Made by a program: the position numbers and the translations under genes. 64,000 bases of DNA, taken from the NCBI GenBank assembly GCA_963791045.1, contig CAWBQK010000002.1, forward strand, positions 74,235 through 138,234. Direction: 5' to 3'. Below the pieces are notes generated by a model that was given only the letters and a program-made list of their open reading frames with translations, was not told where the DNA came from and searched no databases. The DNA comes from Candidatus Latescibacterota bacterium. Its GTDB lineage: Bacteria; Krumholzibacteriota; Krumholzibacteriia; WVZY01. Below are positions 1 through 10,227 of the stretch, piece after piece. The number at the start of each line of letters is the position of its first letter. Within the stretch, counting starts at the first letter, position 1.

Positions 1-44
1 TTGAACGGCTGGCGACACTCATGGAGATACCGCTTCCGCGATAA
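1..44 (+). CDS. 3' end of an upstream CDS (possibly ParB)
   Basis: Frame from nt 3 reads ERLATLMEIPLPR-stop and overlaps the next start (TAATG). ParB is guessed from context only. Confidence 0.3.
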   Translation, partial: ERLATLMEIPLPR

Positions 45-844
45 TGAAAAAGTACCTGTCACTTATCGTCGCACCGCATGACAACGCGAATGTTCGAAAC
101 TACAAGATTTCGTACAGAATGTTGTACGCCCTTGGCGTTGTGATCGTGTTGTCCGTTGTGGTCCTGGTGGTTCTTACCATCGCGTACAGCCGTGTCCTTG
201 TCAGGGCACAGCAAGCCGAGAGGCTTGTCGAGAGCAACGAGAGTGTCGTTATTCGAAAATCTGAAATCGACTCGCTCAGGGTCGAACTGGTTCGGCTGCA
301 GACCATGGGGATCCAGATCAAGAACATGATGGGTGTAGGATTGTCCGCTGAGGACAGCTCGCTGGTCGCTAATTTGTCGCCCATCGCCAAGTCTCCGGCC
401 ATTTCAGGCACGTTTGAGACGGCCGATGCGACGGCTGCGCAACAAAAGCTTTTGCTCAAAGCGATTCCATCCATGTGGCCTGTAAAAGGTTACGTCACCA
501 AAGAGTTTCACGTGACCGGTGGCGAGAAAAACGAGCACTTCCACCCGGGCATGGATATTGCAGCCACAAGAAATACACCGGTTCGAGCGTCCGCTGAAGG
601 TGTCGTAATCACGAGCGGTTGGGATGAGATTTACGGGTATTTGGTCGTCATCGATCACGGTTTTGGGATTTCGACGGTCTATGGTCATAACACTCGTAAT
701 CTTGTTAGCGTAGGCGACCGGGTTGCCAGAGGGCAGACAATCGCTTTTCTGGGGTCCACCGGGAAAAGCACTGCTCCACATCTCCACTTCGAGGTGAAGA
801 AAAACGGTGTGCCCGTGAATCCGAGAGATTACTTGCTCAACTAG
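44..844 (+). CDS. M23 family metallopeptidase with N-terminal TM and coiled coil
   Basis: HPGMDI (HxxxD) and PHLHFEV (HxH) motifs; sits next to a bactofilin. Confidence 0.92.
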   Translation: MKKYLSLIVAPHDNANVRNYKISYRMLYALGVVIVLSVVVLVVLTIAYSRVLVRAQQAERLVESNESVVIRKSEIDSLRVELVRLQTMGIQIKNMMGVGLSAEDSSLVANLSPIAKSPAISGTFETADATAAQQKLLLKAIPSMWPVKGYVTKEFHVTGGEKNEHFHPGMDIAATRNTPVRASAEGVVITSGWDEIYGYLVVIDHGFGISTVYGHNTRNLVSVGDRVARGQTIAFLGSTGKSTAPHLHFEVKKNGVPVNPRDYLLN

Positions 845-930
845 ACACCAAACGAAAATTGGACTTTCACGAACATGGGTTTTGTGTATAATCGTCGCGC
901 GTAAGAGACCTTAAAGAGGAGGAAGATCGC

Positions 931-1371
931 ATGTTTGGTAAGGAAGCAGATAGCCTCGGCGGCGGCGGAGGCGAAGGCAACCTCAACTCGATTCTCGGCC
1001 CAGGGTGCAAGGTTAAGGGCACAATCGAAATCCAGGGTACAATTCGGATCGACGGAGATTTTGACGGCGATATCAAATGCCCCGATACTCTTATCATCGG
1101 CAAGTCGGGTGTTGTCAAAGCCAACGTGACGGTCAAAAATGCTGTCATCGGTGGCAAGCTGCTTGGAAATATCCAGGCGAGCAACAAAATTGAACTTCAG
1201 ACCGGCTCGCATGTCGAAGGCGACATCCAGACCACACGTCTGGTAATCGATGAGGGTGTGTTCTTCGAGGGTAGCTGCAAGATGGGTCAGGCAGCGACAA
1301 CGTCGTCGTCACAGCGCCCGTCCTTTGAAAAAGAAACCAAGAAAGAGCTCGAAAAAGAGGCCGTTAAATAG
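931..1371 (+). CDS. Bactofilin (polymer-forming cytoskeletal protein)
   Basis: Beta-helix repeats (SILGPGCKVKGTI, IRIDGDFDGDI, LVIDEGVFFEGSCKM); RBS GAGGAGG. Confidence 0.92.
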   Translation: MFGKEADSLGGGGGEGNLNSILGPGCKVKGTIEIQGTIRIDGDFDGDIKCPDTLIIGKSGVVKANVTVKNAVIGGKLLGNIQASNKIELQTGSHVEGDIQTTRLVIDEGVFFEGSCKMGQAATTSSSQRPSFEKETKKELEKEAVK

Positions 1372-1401
1372 CCTGAAGAGCAGGGATCGCCAGAAGAAAA
1401 C

Positions 1402-1439
1402 AAGGGGGCCGCGGTTTTGTATACCCGCAGCCCCCTTTT
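1402..1439 (+). terminator. Intrinsic terminator after bactofilin
   Basis: AAGGGGGC...GCCCCCTT stem followed by a short T run. Confidence 0.7.
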
Positions 1440-1537
1440 GCTTGCCCGTGACGCACACGAGTCGACCGCAACAGGGGCCGCATTCCGGCAGCAAATCTGC
1501 CACAATCCAGCCAGGGTTAAGTTCAGCGCACCAAATT

Positions 1538-1657
1538 TTGTCCACAATTGGCCGCACGGGTGTTGATAAAGTGCCCTGCTCTGTGGAAAACCCCTAATTA
1601 TATGCGTAGCAAGGAGATGGGCGGTTGGGGGTGGTGGCCGTTTCGGGCTTTTCCACA
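1538..1657. promoter_or_regulatory. DnaA-box cluster (candidate oriC)
   Basis: TTGTCCACA 1538, TGTTGATAA 1561, TGTGGAAAA 1582, TTTTCCACA 1649 within 120 bp. Confidence 0.55.
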
Positions 1658-2110
1658 AATCACCCCGGGGTATTCGGCTTATCGTATAGTTTCAAAGAAG
1701 ATAAGGTGCGCCGTTTCAACCAGCGACGCACCTCCCTGAGATTACCCTTTGATATTTAATAAAATGATGCCCTCGCACGGAGGACGAAATCAGACGCCTC
1801 AGGTTCCCCCGAACCCGATGGTGACCTCACCCTCATCAATAATCACGGGGACGTCACGCCGTCCATCTGTGTAACGGAGCATCTCCTCGAGCGCTTGTGG
1901 ATCCTGCTTGACATTCCTGTAGTCAACAACGACGTTTCGCGATGCGTAGTCCTCACGGGCCGCAACAGTGTAGGGTCATGTGTCTTTGCCAAATATCATT
2001 ACTCTGCTGGTCATTGTTCCACGCCTCGTTTTTTTGTGTTACCAGGTGCTTTAGTTCGGACTCGCCGCGGGTGGCGGCTCACGTTCTGGGTTGTTGAAGT
2101 TTCTGAAAAT

Positions 2111-2260
2111 GACACCCCGCACTTCGCTTCGCTCGCCGATGGGGCCCCCGGAGCGGCGCAGCGTTAGCGAGTACGCGCGGGCTTACCATCAGGCCACTGA
2201 AGCATCTGAGCTGAACACCCCGCACCTCGCTTCGCTCGGGGTGATCGATGACAGGACCCG
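2111..2260 (+). repeat. Partial copy of the dispersed structured intergenic element
   Basis: Two ACACCCCGCACYTCGCTTCGCTCG units; ends in GGGGTGATCGATGACAGGACCCG, shared with the 28.2 kb and 60.0 kb copies. Confidence 0.65.
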
Positions 2261-2385
2261 CGGCCAAGAAAACGGTTAAAGCGCCGCGGGTTTTTCCCGC
2301 CGGACTCGTCACAACGCAACGAGGATAGATGACGCGGCTGCAAATTGGCAAGCGAACAATCGAAAGCAACAATTTCGGCGAATGG

Positions 2386-2394
2386 TGGTATAAT
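2386..2394 (+). promoter_or_regulatory. Extended -10 promoter for moxR operon
   Basis: TGGTATAAT about 80 nt upstream of the moxR start. Confidence 0.5.
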
Positions 2395-2471
2395 TCATGG
2401 GGCTTCGGCGCCGGCCGATGCCTTTCTTATAAAAAGTCCGATACGCCCACTCTCAAAGAGGAATCGATCGA

Positions 2472-3467
2472 ATGACAGATCAGAACCAAAAAATGGCGGA
2501 TGTCGAAGAGATCAAACGATTCAACCGCGGGTACGAAAAGATCCGGGGCGAGATCGGCAAGGTTATTGTCGGGCAGAAGTCGGTTGTCGAAGAGTTGATG
2601 ATAGCGCTTTTCGCCGGCGGGCACTGCCTGGTGGTCGGCGTGCCGGGTCTTGCCAAAACACTTCTTATCTCGACCGTGGCCAAGGCTCTCGAACTAAAAT
2701 TCTCCCGCATCCAGTTCACGCCGGACCTCATGCCGTCGGATATTACGGGGACCGAGATCCTCGAAGAGGAGACCGGGACCGGTAAGAGGACCTTCAAGTT
2801 CGTCAAGGGTCCGGTCTTCGCCAATGTCGTCCTCGCCGACGAGATCAACCGGACACCGCCAAAAACACAGGCGGCGCTTCTTCAGGCAATGCAGGAGCAC
2901 GAGGTGACGGCGGGAGGCGGCACGTTTGGCCTGGAGCTTCCGTTCTTTGTCCTCGCGACGCAGAACCCGATCGAACAGGAAGGGACATATCCGCTTCCGG
3001 AGGCGCAGCTCGACCGGTTTATGTTCCATATCAACGTGGACTACCCGACTGAAGCCGAAGAACTTGAGATTGTCGAAACCACGACCTCTAGAGTACCGGA
3101 AGAACCCTCGGTCGTTTTGAATGCGGAAGACATTCTTCGTATCCAGCAAATCGTAAGAACGGTTCCCATCTCGAGCCACGTTCTCAACTACGCGATTCGT
3201 ATCGTCCGCGCGACGCGCGACGGGGCGTCCGGCGCCGTAAAAGATTACGTGAGTTGGGGCGCCGGGCCGCGTGCGGGACAGCACCTCGTTCTGGGCGCCA
3301 AAGTCCGCGCGATCATGCATGGGCGTCCGACGCCGAGCCTGGATGACGTGCGCATGATCGCACCCCCGGTCCTCCGGCACAGAATCGTTACCAATTTCAA
3401 TGCGGATGCCGATGGCGTGACGACCGACCAGATCGTCAAGACACTGCTCGACGAGGTTCCCGAGTAA
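2472..3467 (+). CDS. moxR: MoxR family AAA+ ATPase
   Basis: GVPGLAKT Walker A, RIQFTPDLMPSDITG, LADEINR, ATQNPIEQEGTYPLPEAQLDRF. Confidence 0.95.
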   Translation: MTDQNQKMADVEEIKRFNRGYEKIRGEIGKVIVGQKSVVEELMIALFAGGHCLVVGVPGLAKTLLISTVAKALELKFSRIQFTPDLMPSDITGTEILEEETGTGKRTFKFVKGPVFANVVLADEINRTPPKTQAALLQAMQEHEVTAGGGTFGLELPFFVLATQNPIEQEGTYPLPEAQLDRFMFHINVDYPTEAEELEIVETTTSRVPEEPSVVLNAEDILRIQQIVRTVPISSHVLNYAIRIVRATRDGASGAVKDYVSWGAGPRAGQHLVLGAKVRAIMHGRPTPSLDDVRMIAPPVLRHRIVTNFNADADGVTTDQIVKTLLDEVPE

Positions 3468-3514
3468 AACCCGCCCCACGCACCGTCACAACGAACTAAC
3501 AAGAGGCTTTTCCG

Positions 3515-4461
3515 GTGGCGCGAACAAAACGACAGGCCGTCAACAAATACCTCGATCCAGCCGTGGTGAGCCACCTCGGCAACATGGAGCTCAAGGCGCG
3601 GCTGATCGTCGAAGGGTATATCGCCGGTTTGCACAGAAGTCCCTACCACGGGTTTTCGGTGGAGTTTGCGGAGTACCGACAGTACATGCAGGGCGATAAC
3701 ACACGCCACATCGACTGGAAGGTGTACGGGAAGACCGACCGGTTCTACATGAAAGTGTTCGAGGAAGAGACGAACCTCCGCGCCACGGTGATTCTCGACA
3801 AGAGCGGCTCGATGGGGTTTGCGTCACCGGCATCACAGACGGCGAAGGTATCCAGCACGACCGGCGTCGAGATCGACAAGCTCACCTACGGCGGGCTGCT
3901 CGCGGCGAGCCTCTCGTATCTCATGATCCGGCAGCAGGATGCAGTAGGGCTTTGCCTCTTCGACGAACAAGTCCGCGCGCTTACCGCGCACCGGGCGGTG
4001 CGAAAACATCTCTTCTATCTCTTGAGTTCGCTGGAAAGGTCGAACCCGGTGCGAAAACACAAATCAGCCCGGCGCTCCACCATATCGCCGAACGGATTAA
4101 ACGGCGTGGGCTCGTGATACTGATTTCTGATCTGATGGACAACCCGGAAGACGTTCTCATGGGACTAAAGCACTTCCGGCACCGCGGACACGAGGTGATT
4201 GTTTTTCATCTCCTCGATCCTCGTGAAATCGACCTCGATTACCGCGACGAAGTCGAGTTTCAGGATATGGAAACCGGACGCAAGCTTCGCGTTGAACCGG
4301 CTTTCTTGAAGGAAGAGTATTCGCAAAACATACGAGCCTGGATCGACATGCTGGACCGCGGGTGTAAATCCCACCAGATCGACTACAACCTGCTTTCGAC
4401 GCACACACCGTTCGACCAGGCCCTGACTGCCTACCTGAACAAACGTGTTCGATTGACCTGA
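3515..4461 (+). CDS. DUF58 (vWA-like) protein, one frameshift near 4038
   Basis: GLHRSPYHGFSVEFAEYRQY and IDWKVYGKTD in ORF 3515-4117; continues as RRGLVILISDL in ORF 3952-4461. Confidence 0.88.
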
Positions 4462-4471
4462 GGACAGCGAC

Positions 4472-6583
4472 GTGCTTGGTTTTGGATTTTTGAACAGCCT
4501 GTTTCTCATCGGTCTTGGGGCGATGGCGCTTCCCATTGTGATTCATATCCTCAACCGGCGCCGGCTGCGCAAGATCAAGTTCAGCTCGCTCGATTTTATC
4601 TACGAACTCAACAAGCGGCGGATGAGCAAAGTCAATTTCCGCCGGTGGATCATCCTTATTCTTCGTACCCTCGCGGTCGTTTTTCTCGTGCTCGCGTTTG
4701 CGCGGCCGACCATCCAGAGCAACGCCTCGTTCTTTATGCCCGGCGAGGCCCCCAAACACGTTGTGATATGTCTCGACGCGAGTTACAGCATGAGCGCCGA
4801 GCATGAAGAGGGCACCGCCTTCACCATCGCGCGCGATCTCGCCAGGCAGGTGGTTGACGAATGCCACCAGAACGACCTCGTCAATGTTGTCGTTTTCGCC
4901 GACCGCACCGATGTTCTCTTCGAAGCGGGAACGCGGAACAAGCAGCTCGTCCGGGGCGCTCTCGACGAACTCACCGTCACCGCCGAAGGCACCTCGATTC
5001 CCGGCGCCGTCGAGACGGCGGTCGAACTGCTCGGCGAGTCCGAGATCGCGACGAGCGAGATTTATGTCATTTCGGATTTCAGGGAAGGCGCGGATTCGTT
5101 GGGCGGATTCGAACCGCCGGAGAATACACGCCTTATCTTTCTTCCCACGGACAGAGGGAACATTGACAACGTCAGTATCGATCGGGTGTTCACTCCGCGA
5201 AAGCTGATCCGGCCGGGGGAAGTCATTCGGATCGGTGTGGCGATGACCAACCACTCCCGCGAGCGCGCCATCGACTTTCCGCTCGAACTCTCCGTCGACG
5301 GCAAGCGGCTCGCCGAGAAGATCGTCACGCTCTCACCCGCCTCGTCGGTCACCGAGACATTCGTGATCTCGATCGCGGACTGGGGATCGCACAGATGCCG
5401 GGTGGCAAAAAACCGGGACAGACTCCCCCTCGATGACGATCGGCACTTTGTCATCGAAGTCTCGAGAAAAATTCCAGTCACAATCATCCGCGGAAGGAAG
5501 TTCGCCCCGGGGAGCGATTCGGATCCGGCCGCCGCGTATTTCTATATAGACAAAGCGCTCAACCCGCGCGGCGCCCAGGGCGGCGAGTTCAGCGTGAACG
5601 TGATCGACCAGAACGCGCTCACGGCGGCAAGCCTGCCGGGTAACGGTGTTGTTGTGTGGACCGATCCGCGGGAGATGGACTCGAGGCGTCTCGATTTGTT
5701 GACGCGGCATGTGTACGGCGGAGGCGCGATGTTGGTGTTTGTCGGCGGCGATCGGAACGACCTGTGGCAGGACGAAGGTTTCAGGCGTCTCCTTGGTGTC
5801 GAGCGTCTGACCGCCAGGGACAAAAACGACGGTGTGCGGTTGGGGTCTTTTGCCGGTACACATCCAATTTTTGAAATCTTTAACGAGGAAGAGCTGGAAC
5901 TGCTTTCACAATCAAGTGTGACACGGTTTGCGGCGGGCTCGGGCGTCTCCCCCGACTCGATCCTCGCCTACTTCGACGGCGGGGCGCCGGCCGTTTGGGA
6001 AAACCGACACGGCCAGGGGAGGACGCTGGTTGTGGCGGCAAGCCCCGATCTCGCCGCCGGCAATTTGCCGCTTTCACCCATGTTCCTTCCGTTTGTTCAC
6101 ACGGCGGTGTCGTACCTGGCCACAGCCGGTCACACCGACCCCCGACGCGAGAATCTCGTGGGCGACGATTTGTATTTTGATCTCACGCCGAGGTGGGCGG
6201 CGCTCTCGACCCAGCTCCGCGTCAGGACCGAGACAAGGGACGCGACCGAACCCCAGCCGGACACGGCGCCTGTGTTGTTCGAATCGGGGCAGGGAGAGGT
6301 CAAGGCGATGGTGGCGCGTCCGCGTCACGTTGGGTTCTACACACTTATGGTGGACACCACGCGGATCGCGCAGTCGTGCGTCAATGTCGATACGAGAGAA
6401 TCCAATCTCAATGCCCGCGAGTTCGACGACAACGCGACCGCTGGAGCGCGGGTAATCGATGTGTCGGGGAATCTTGCCGAAGACCTTCGCCGCGAACGGC
6501 AGGGCCGCGAAGTTTTTGCCGCCTTTTTGCTCCTGGCGCTATGTGCGCTTGTCGCCGAAGCGATTCTCGGCAGGAAAGCGTAG
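4472..6583 (+). CDS. BatA-domain/vWA membrane protein with Ig-like and GATase-like regions
   Basis: LPIVIHILNRRR...FSSL N-terminal BatA motif, DASYSM MIDAS-like motif, C-terminal ESNL plus TM. Confidence 0.85.
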   Translation: MLGFGFLNSLFLIGLGAMALPIVIHILNRRRLRKIKFSSLDFIYELNKRRMSKVNFRRWIILILRTLAVVFLVLAFARPTIQSNASFFMPGEAPKHVVICLDASYSMSAEHEEGTAFTIARDLARQVVDECHQNDLVNVVVFADRTDVLFEAGTRNKQLVRGALDELTVTAEGTSIPGAVETAVELLGESEIATSEIYVISDFREGADSLGGFEPPENTRLIFLPTDRGNIDNVSIDRVFTPRKLIRPGEVIRIGVAMTNHSRERAIDFPLELSVDGKRLAEKIVTLSPASSVTETFVISIADWGSHRCRVAKNRDRLPLDDDRHFVIEVSRKIPVTIIRGRKFAPGSDSDPAAAYFYIDKALNPRGAQGGEFSVNVIDQNALTAASLPGNGVVVWTDPREMDSRRLDLLTRHVYGGGAMLVFVGGDRNDLWQDEGFRRLLGVERLTARDKNDGVRLGSFAGTHPIFEIFNEEELELLSQSSVTRFAAGSGVSPDSILAYFDGGAPAVWENRHGQGRTLVVAASPDLAAGNLPLSPMFLPFVHTAVSYLATAGHTDPRRENLVGDDLYFDLTPRWAALSTQLRVRTETRDATEPQPDTAPVLFESGQGEVKAMVARPRHVGFYTLMVDTTRIAQSCVNVDTRESNLNAREFDDNATAGARVIDVSGNLAEDLRRERQGREVFAAFLLLALCALVAEAILGRKA

Positions 6584-6598
6584 GAAGCGAACAACATC

Positions 6599-9500
6599 AT
6601 GCCCAGATCCGGCAGAGACATCGATCAACACGGGGCGGCCTCGCTCGTAGACAAAGTGCGCCGCGTGGACGGAGTTCGTGCGATCGAACGGGCCCTCGGT
6701 GGTGGCGCGCGCCGGGTGGATGTGTCGGGACTCAAGGGAACGGCCGGGGCGTTTGTCGTGGAAGCGCTCAGGGGATCATTCGGCGGCACGTTTCTAGTGT
6801 GCTGTCCTGACGAGGAAACGGCGCGGGATGTTCACGCCGATCTCGATACGGTTTCTCCATCGAGGGTCGCGTTTTTCCCCGCCAAAGACATCTTTCCCCA
6901 GCGCTTCGATGTCAAAGAGAACCTCTCCGTCAGGGGAAAGCGCAACGCGTGTCTCGATGATATCCGCATGGGGCACGTCGATATTGTTGTGACGAGCCTT
7001 GTCGGGTTTCTCGAAAAAACCATCCGCGTCGATAAACTCCGGAAACACGTTCGCCGTATTGGTGTCGGCGATGATCTCGATCTCGAAGAGCTTCGTGGCC
7101 ATCTCGTCGATGTCGGGTACGAGGCCATGTCGATTATCGAGGAGCCGGGACAGTTCGCCGTCCGCGGCGCCATTGTTGATTTGTACGACCCTTCCTGGGA
7201 AGACCCCGTGCGGTTCGAGCTTCTCGACGACGAGGTGATTTCGATCCGTGCCTTCGACATCGAATCGCAGCGCTCGAACGTCCAACTGGAGAGCGCGCGG
7301 CTCTTGCCCGCCACCGGGGTTATTGTCGGCGACGAGGCGTTCGCGGAACTCAAAACCAATCTGACGGAAAAAGGATTCGAGGCGGCGGCGATCCAGGATA
7401 TCCGGCAGGAGATTGAAGACCATCGCTTTTCGTATCTTCTCAGGCGTTACGCGCCGGCGATGGGGGTTGACGGAGCGCTGCTCGACTTTTTCCCGTCACC
7501 TCCGACCGTATTTTTCTGGGACGAAGAGGGGCTTGCGCACGAATTTGAAAAACTCCAGGGAGAAATCGAGCATGTGAAAACCCTGGCCGGTGAGGCGGAG
7601 CCCGTGCTCGATCTCCACGATTACACCCACCCGCCCGAGTACTACACGTCCCGCGGCGTTGCCGCCGTTCACCACTGGAAACTCGCGCCCAAAGGCGACG
7701 CGGCGCCCCCCCATGTTATCTCGTTCCGGACGAATGAACATCCGACGGTGGTCGGCAAGTTCGAGACGTTTGTCGACACGCTTAAGTCGCTCAGGCAAAA
7801 AAACACGGACATCCACATCTTTTCTGAAAGTGCCGTCCAGCGCGAGCGGCTTGCCGATATGCTTGGCGATGACGAGGCTCTCGTTCATCTTCCCGTCGGA
7901 TGGATCTCGGCGGGATTTGTGTGGCCGTCGAGCGGGCTCGCCGTTCTGACCGATCACGAGATATTTCACAGGAGTCTCCCGCGACCCACGGAGAGGGGGC
8001 CCGTGCGTCGAACGCAGGCGCGCCGGCCGGAGAATCTCCAGGTGGGTGATTTCATCGTCCATGTCGATTATGGGATCGGCCGGTATCTGGGTCTGGAAAA
8101 GGTCCCCGTCGAGGGGGGAGAGGCCGAATGTCTCAATCTTCGCTACGAAGGGACGGACCGGATCTTTGTCCCGCTCGATCAGATGGGGCTTGTCGAGAAG
8201 TACGTCGGCAAGGATGGTGTTGTCCCCGCGATCGACCGGCTGAGAAGCACGAAGTGGCAGCGGACGAAGGAGCGAACAAAGAAAGCGCTCGAAGATGTCG
8301 CGAGGGACCTGCTCCAGGTTTACGCGGAGCGCGAGGTGGCCGGCGGGCTTGCTTTCAACCCCGACGGGCAGTGGCAAAAAGAACTCGAAGCGTCGTTCCC
8401 GTTCGAGGAGACGCCTCACCAGCTCAAGGCCGCCGAAGAAATCAAGAAAGACATGGAATCGCCAAAGCCGATGGACAGGCTGATCTGCGGCGATGTCGGT
8501 TTCGGCAAGACGGAGGTGGCGATCCGGGCGGCGTTCAAGGCGGTCAGCCAGGGCAAGCAGGTGGCGGTCCTCGTGCCGACCACGATTCTTGCCCTCCAGC
8601 ATTACAAGACCTTCAGCGAAAGGATGGCGCCCTTTCCCGTCAAGGTCGAGATGCTGAGCCGCTTCCGTTCGGCGGCCGAACAAAAGAAAATTGTCGAACA
8701 GCTTGGAAGCGGGCAGGTCGACATCGTCATCGGTACGCACCGGCTTCTCTCAGGGGACATTCGCTACCATGACATCGGTTTGCTCATCATCGACGAAGAG
8801 CACCGCTTCGGCGTGAAGAACAAGGAGAAGATAAAGACGGGTCAAACGGACGATCGATGTGCTTTCGATGACGGCGACGCCAATCCCGAGGACACTCTAC
8901 ATGAGTCTTTCGGGATTGAGGCGGATATCGGTGATTGATACGCCGCCCAGGAACCGGCACCCGGTAAAGACCGAAGTTCTGCCGTTTGACGAGGACACGA
9001 TTGCACAGGCGATTCGCGCCGAGGTGCGTCGCGGCGGACAGGCCTTTCTCGTCCACAACCGCGTGGCGTCGATCCAATCGATACAAGCGTTTCTCGAGCG
9101 CCTCCTCCCGGAAGTTCGCTTCGGTGTTGCGCACGGGCAGATGGCGGAGAAGGATCTCGAGAAGATCATTCTTGATTTCATCGATAAAAAGTTCGATGTG
9201 CTCGTGTCGACGACGATTATCGAGTCGGGGCTCGACTTCCCGAATGTCAATACGATCATCATCAACCGCGCGGATCGCTTCGGGCTCGCCGAGCTCTACC
9301 AGCTCAGAGGTCGGGTCGGCCGGCGCGAACAGCAGGCGTACGCCTATCTCCTTGTGCCTCGCAACTTCTCGGTCAGCGAGAACGCGAGCAAACGACTGCA
9401 GGCGATGGAGGATTTCGAGGAGCTGGGAAGCGGGTACCGCCTGGCGATGCGCGACCTCGAAATCCGTGGCGCCGGAAACGTTCTGGGTGTGGAGCAGCAC

Positions 9501-10070
9501 GGCCAGGTTGTCGCCGTCGGGTTCGATTTGTATTGCCGGATGCTAAAAGAGGCCGTCGACAAGCTCAAAGGCGATGCCGAGGTTGAGAAACCCGAATGCC
9601 GGATAGAGTCCCGGCTGCCGAGCTTTCTCCCCGATCGTTATGTCGAGGACCAGAACGAGCGGATGGCGATTTACAAGCGCCTCGCCCATCTCAAAGTCCC
9701 CGAAGAGGCCGACGAATTCGAGAAGGAAATCACGGATCGTTTCGGCGAGCCTCCAAGGGAAGCCATTAATTTAATTGAGCTTACGCGCATCAAGCTCCGC
9801 GCGATGCATCTTGGCATCGGTCTCGTCCAGTTCCGGCCCGGGCGGGTCGTTGCCGAGTTTCTCCCCGAGCGATCCCTCCACCCGCATCTTTGCGCGCAAC
9901 TTGTGGAAACTTTTGAGGGGCGCGTGTTGTTTAAATCGGGAGAGACGTTCGGGCTCACTTTGGCGCTCGGACCGCACGCGGATCTGCTTGCGGAAGCCAA
10001 AAAGCTGTTGCAAGTGGCTTATTTTTATGATAAAACGTACAATCCCCCAAATAGGGAACATCCATCGTAG
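6599..10070 (+). CDS. mfd: Transcription-repair coupling factor, frameshift near 8835
   Basis: UvrB-like region, [34 protein letters not shown]-terminal TRCF domain over ORFs 6599-8938 and 8859-10070. Confidence 0.95.
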
Positions 10071-10227
10071 TCTTCGCGGAGAACGAACAAACGCACAGAC
10101 GACAAGCGCTCAAAAACCGGGGCCACACCAGGCGTTCGGTGGCGGGGGCTTTGCTCGTTCGCCGTTGTGGTAACGAGGCCTGTATTTAGAATAAGATTCT
10201 CTGGCATTTCGATAAGGAGCGGTAGTT

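Noticed and set aside
504-519. parS-like AGTTTCACGTGACCGG inside the M23 gene
   Set aside because: Only 11 of 16 positions match TGTTTCACGTGAAACA and the right arm is broken
1895-2372. Short ORFs in the bactofilin-moxR intergenic region
   Set aside because: No motifs or RBS; they overlap the repeat and regulatory DNA
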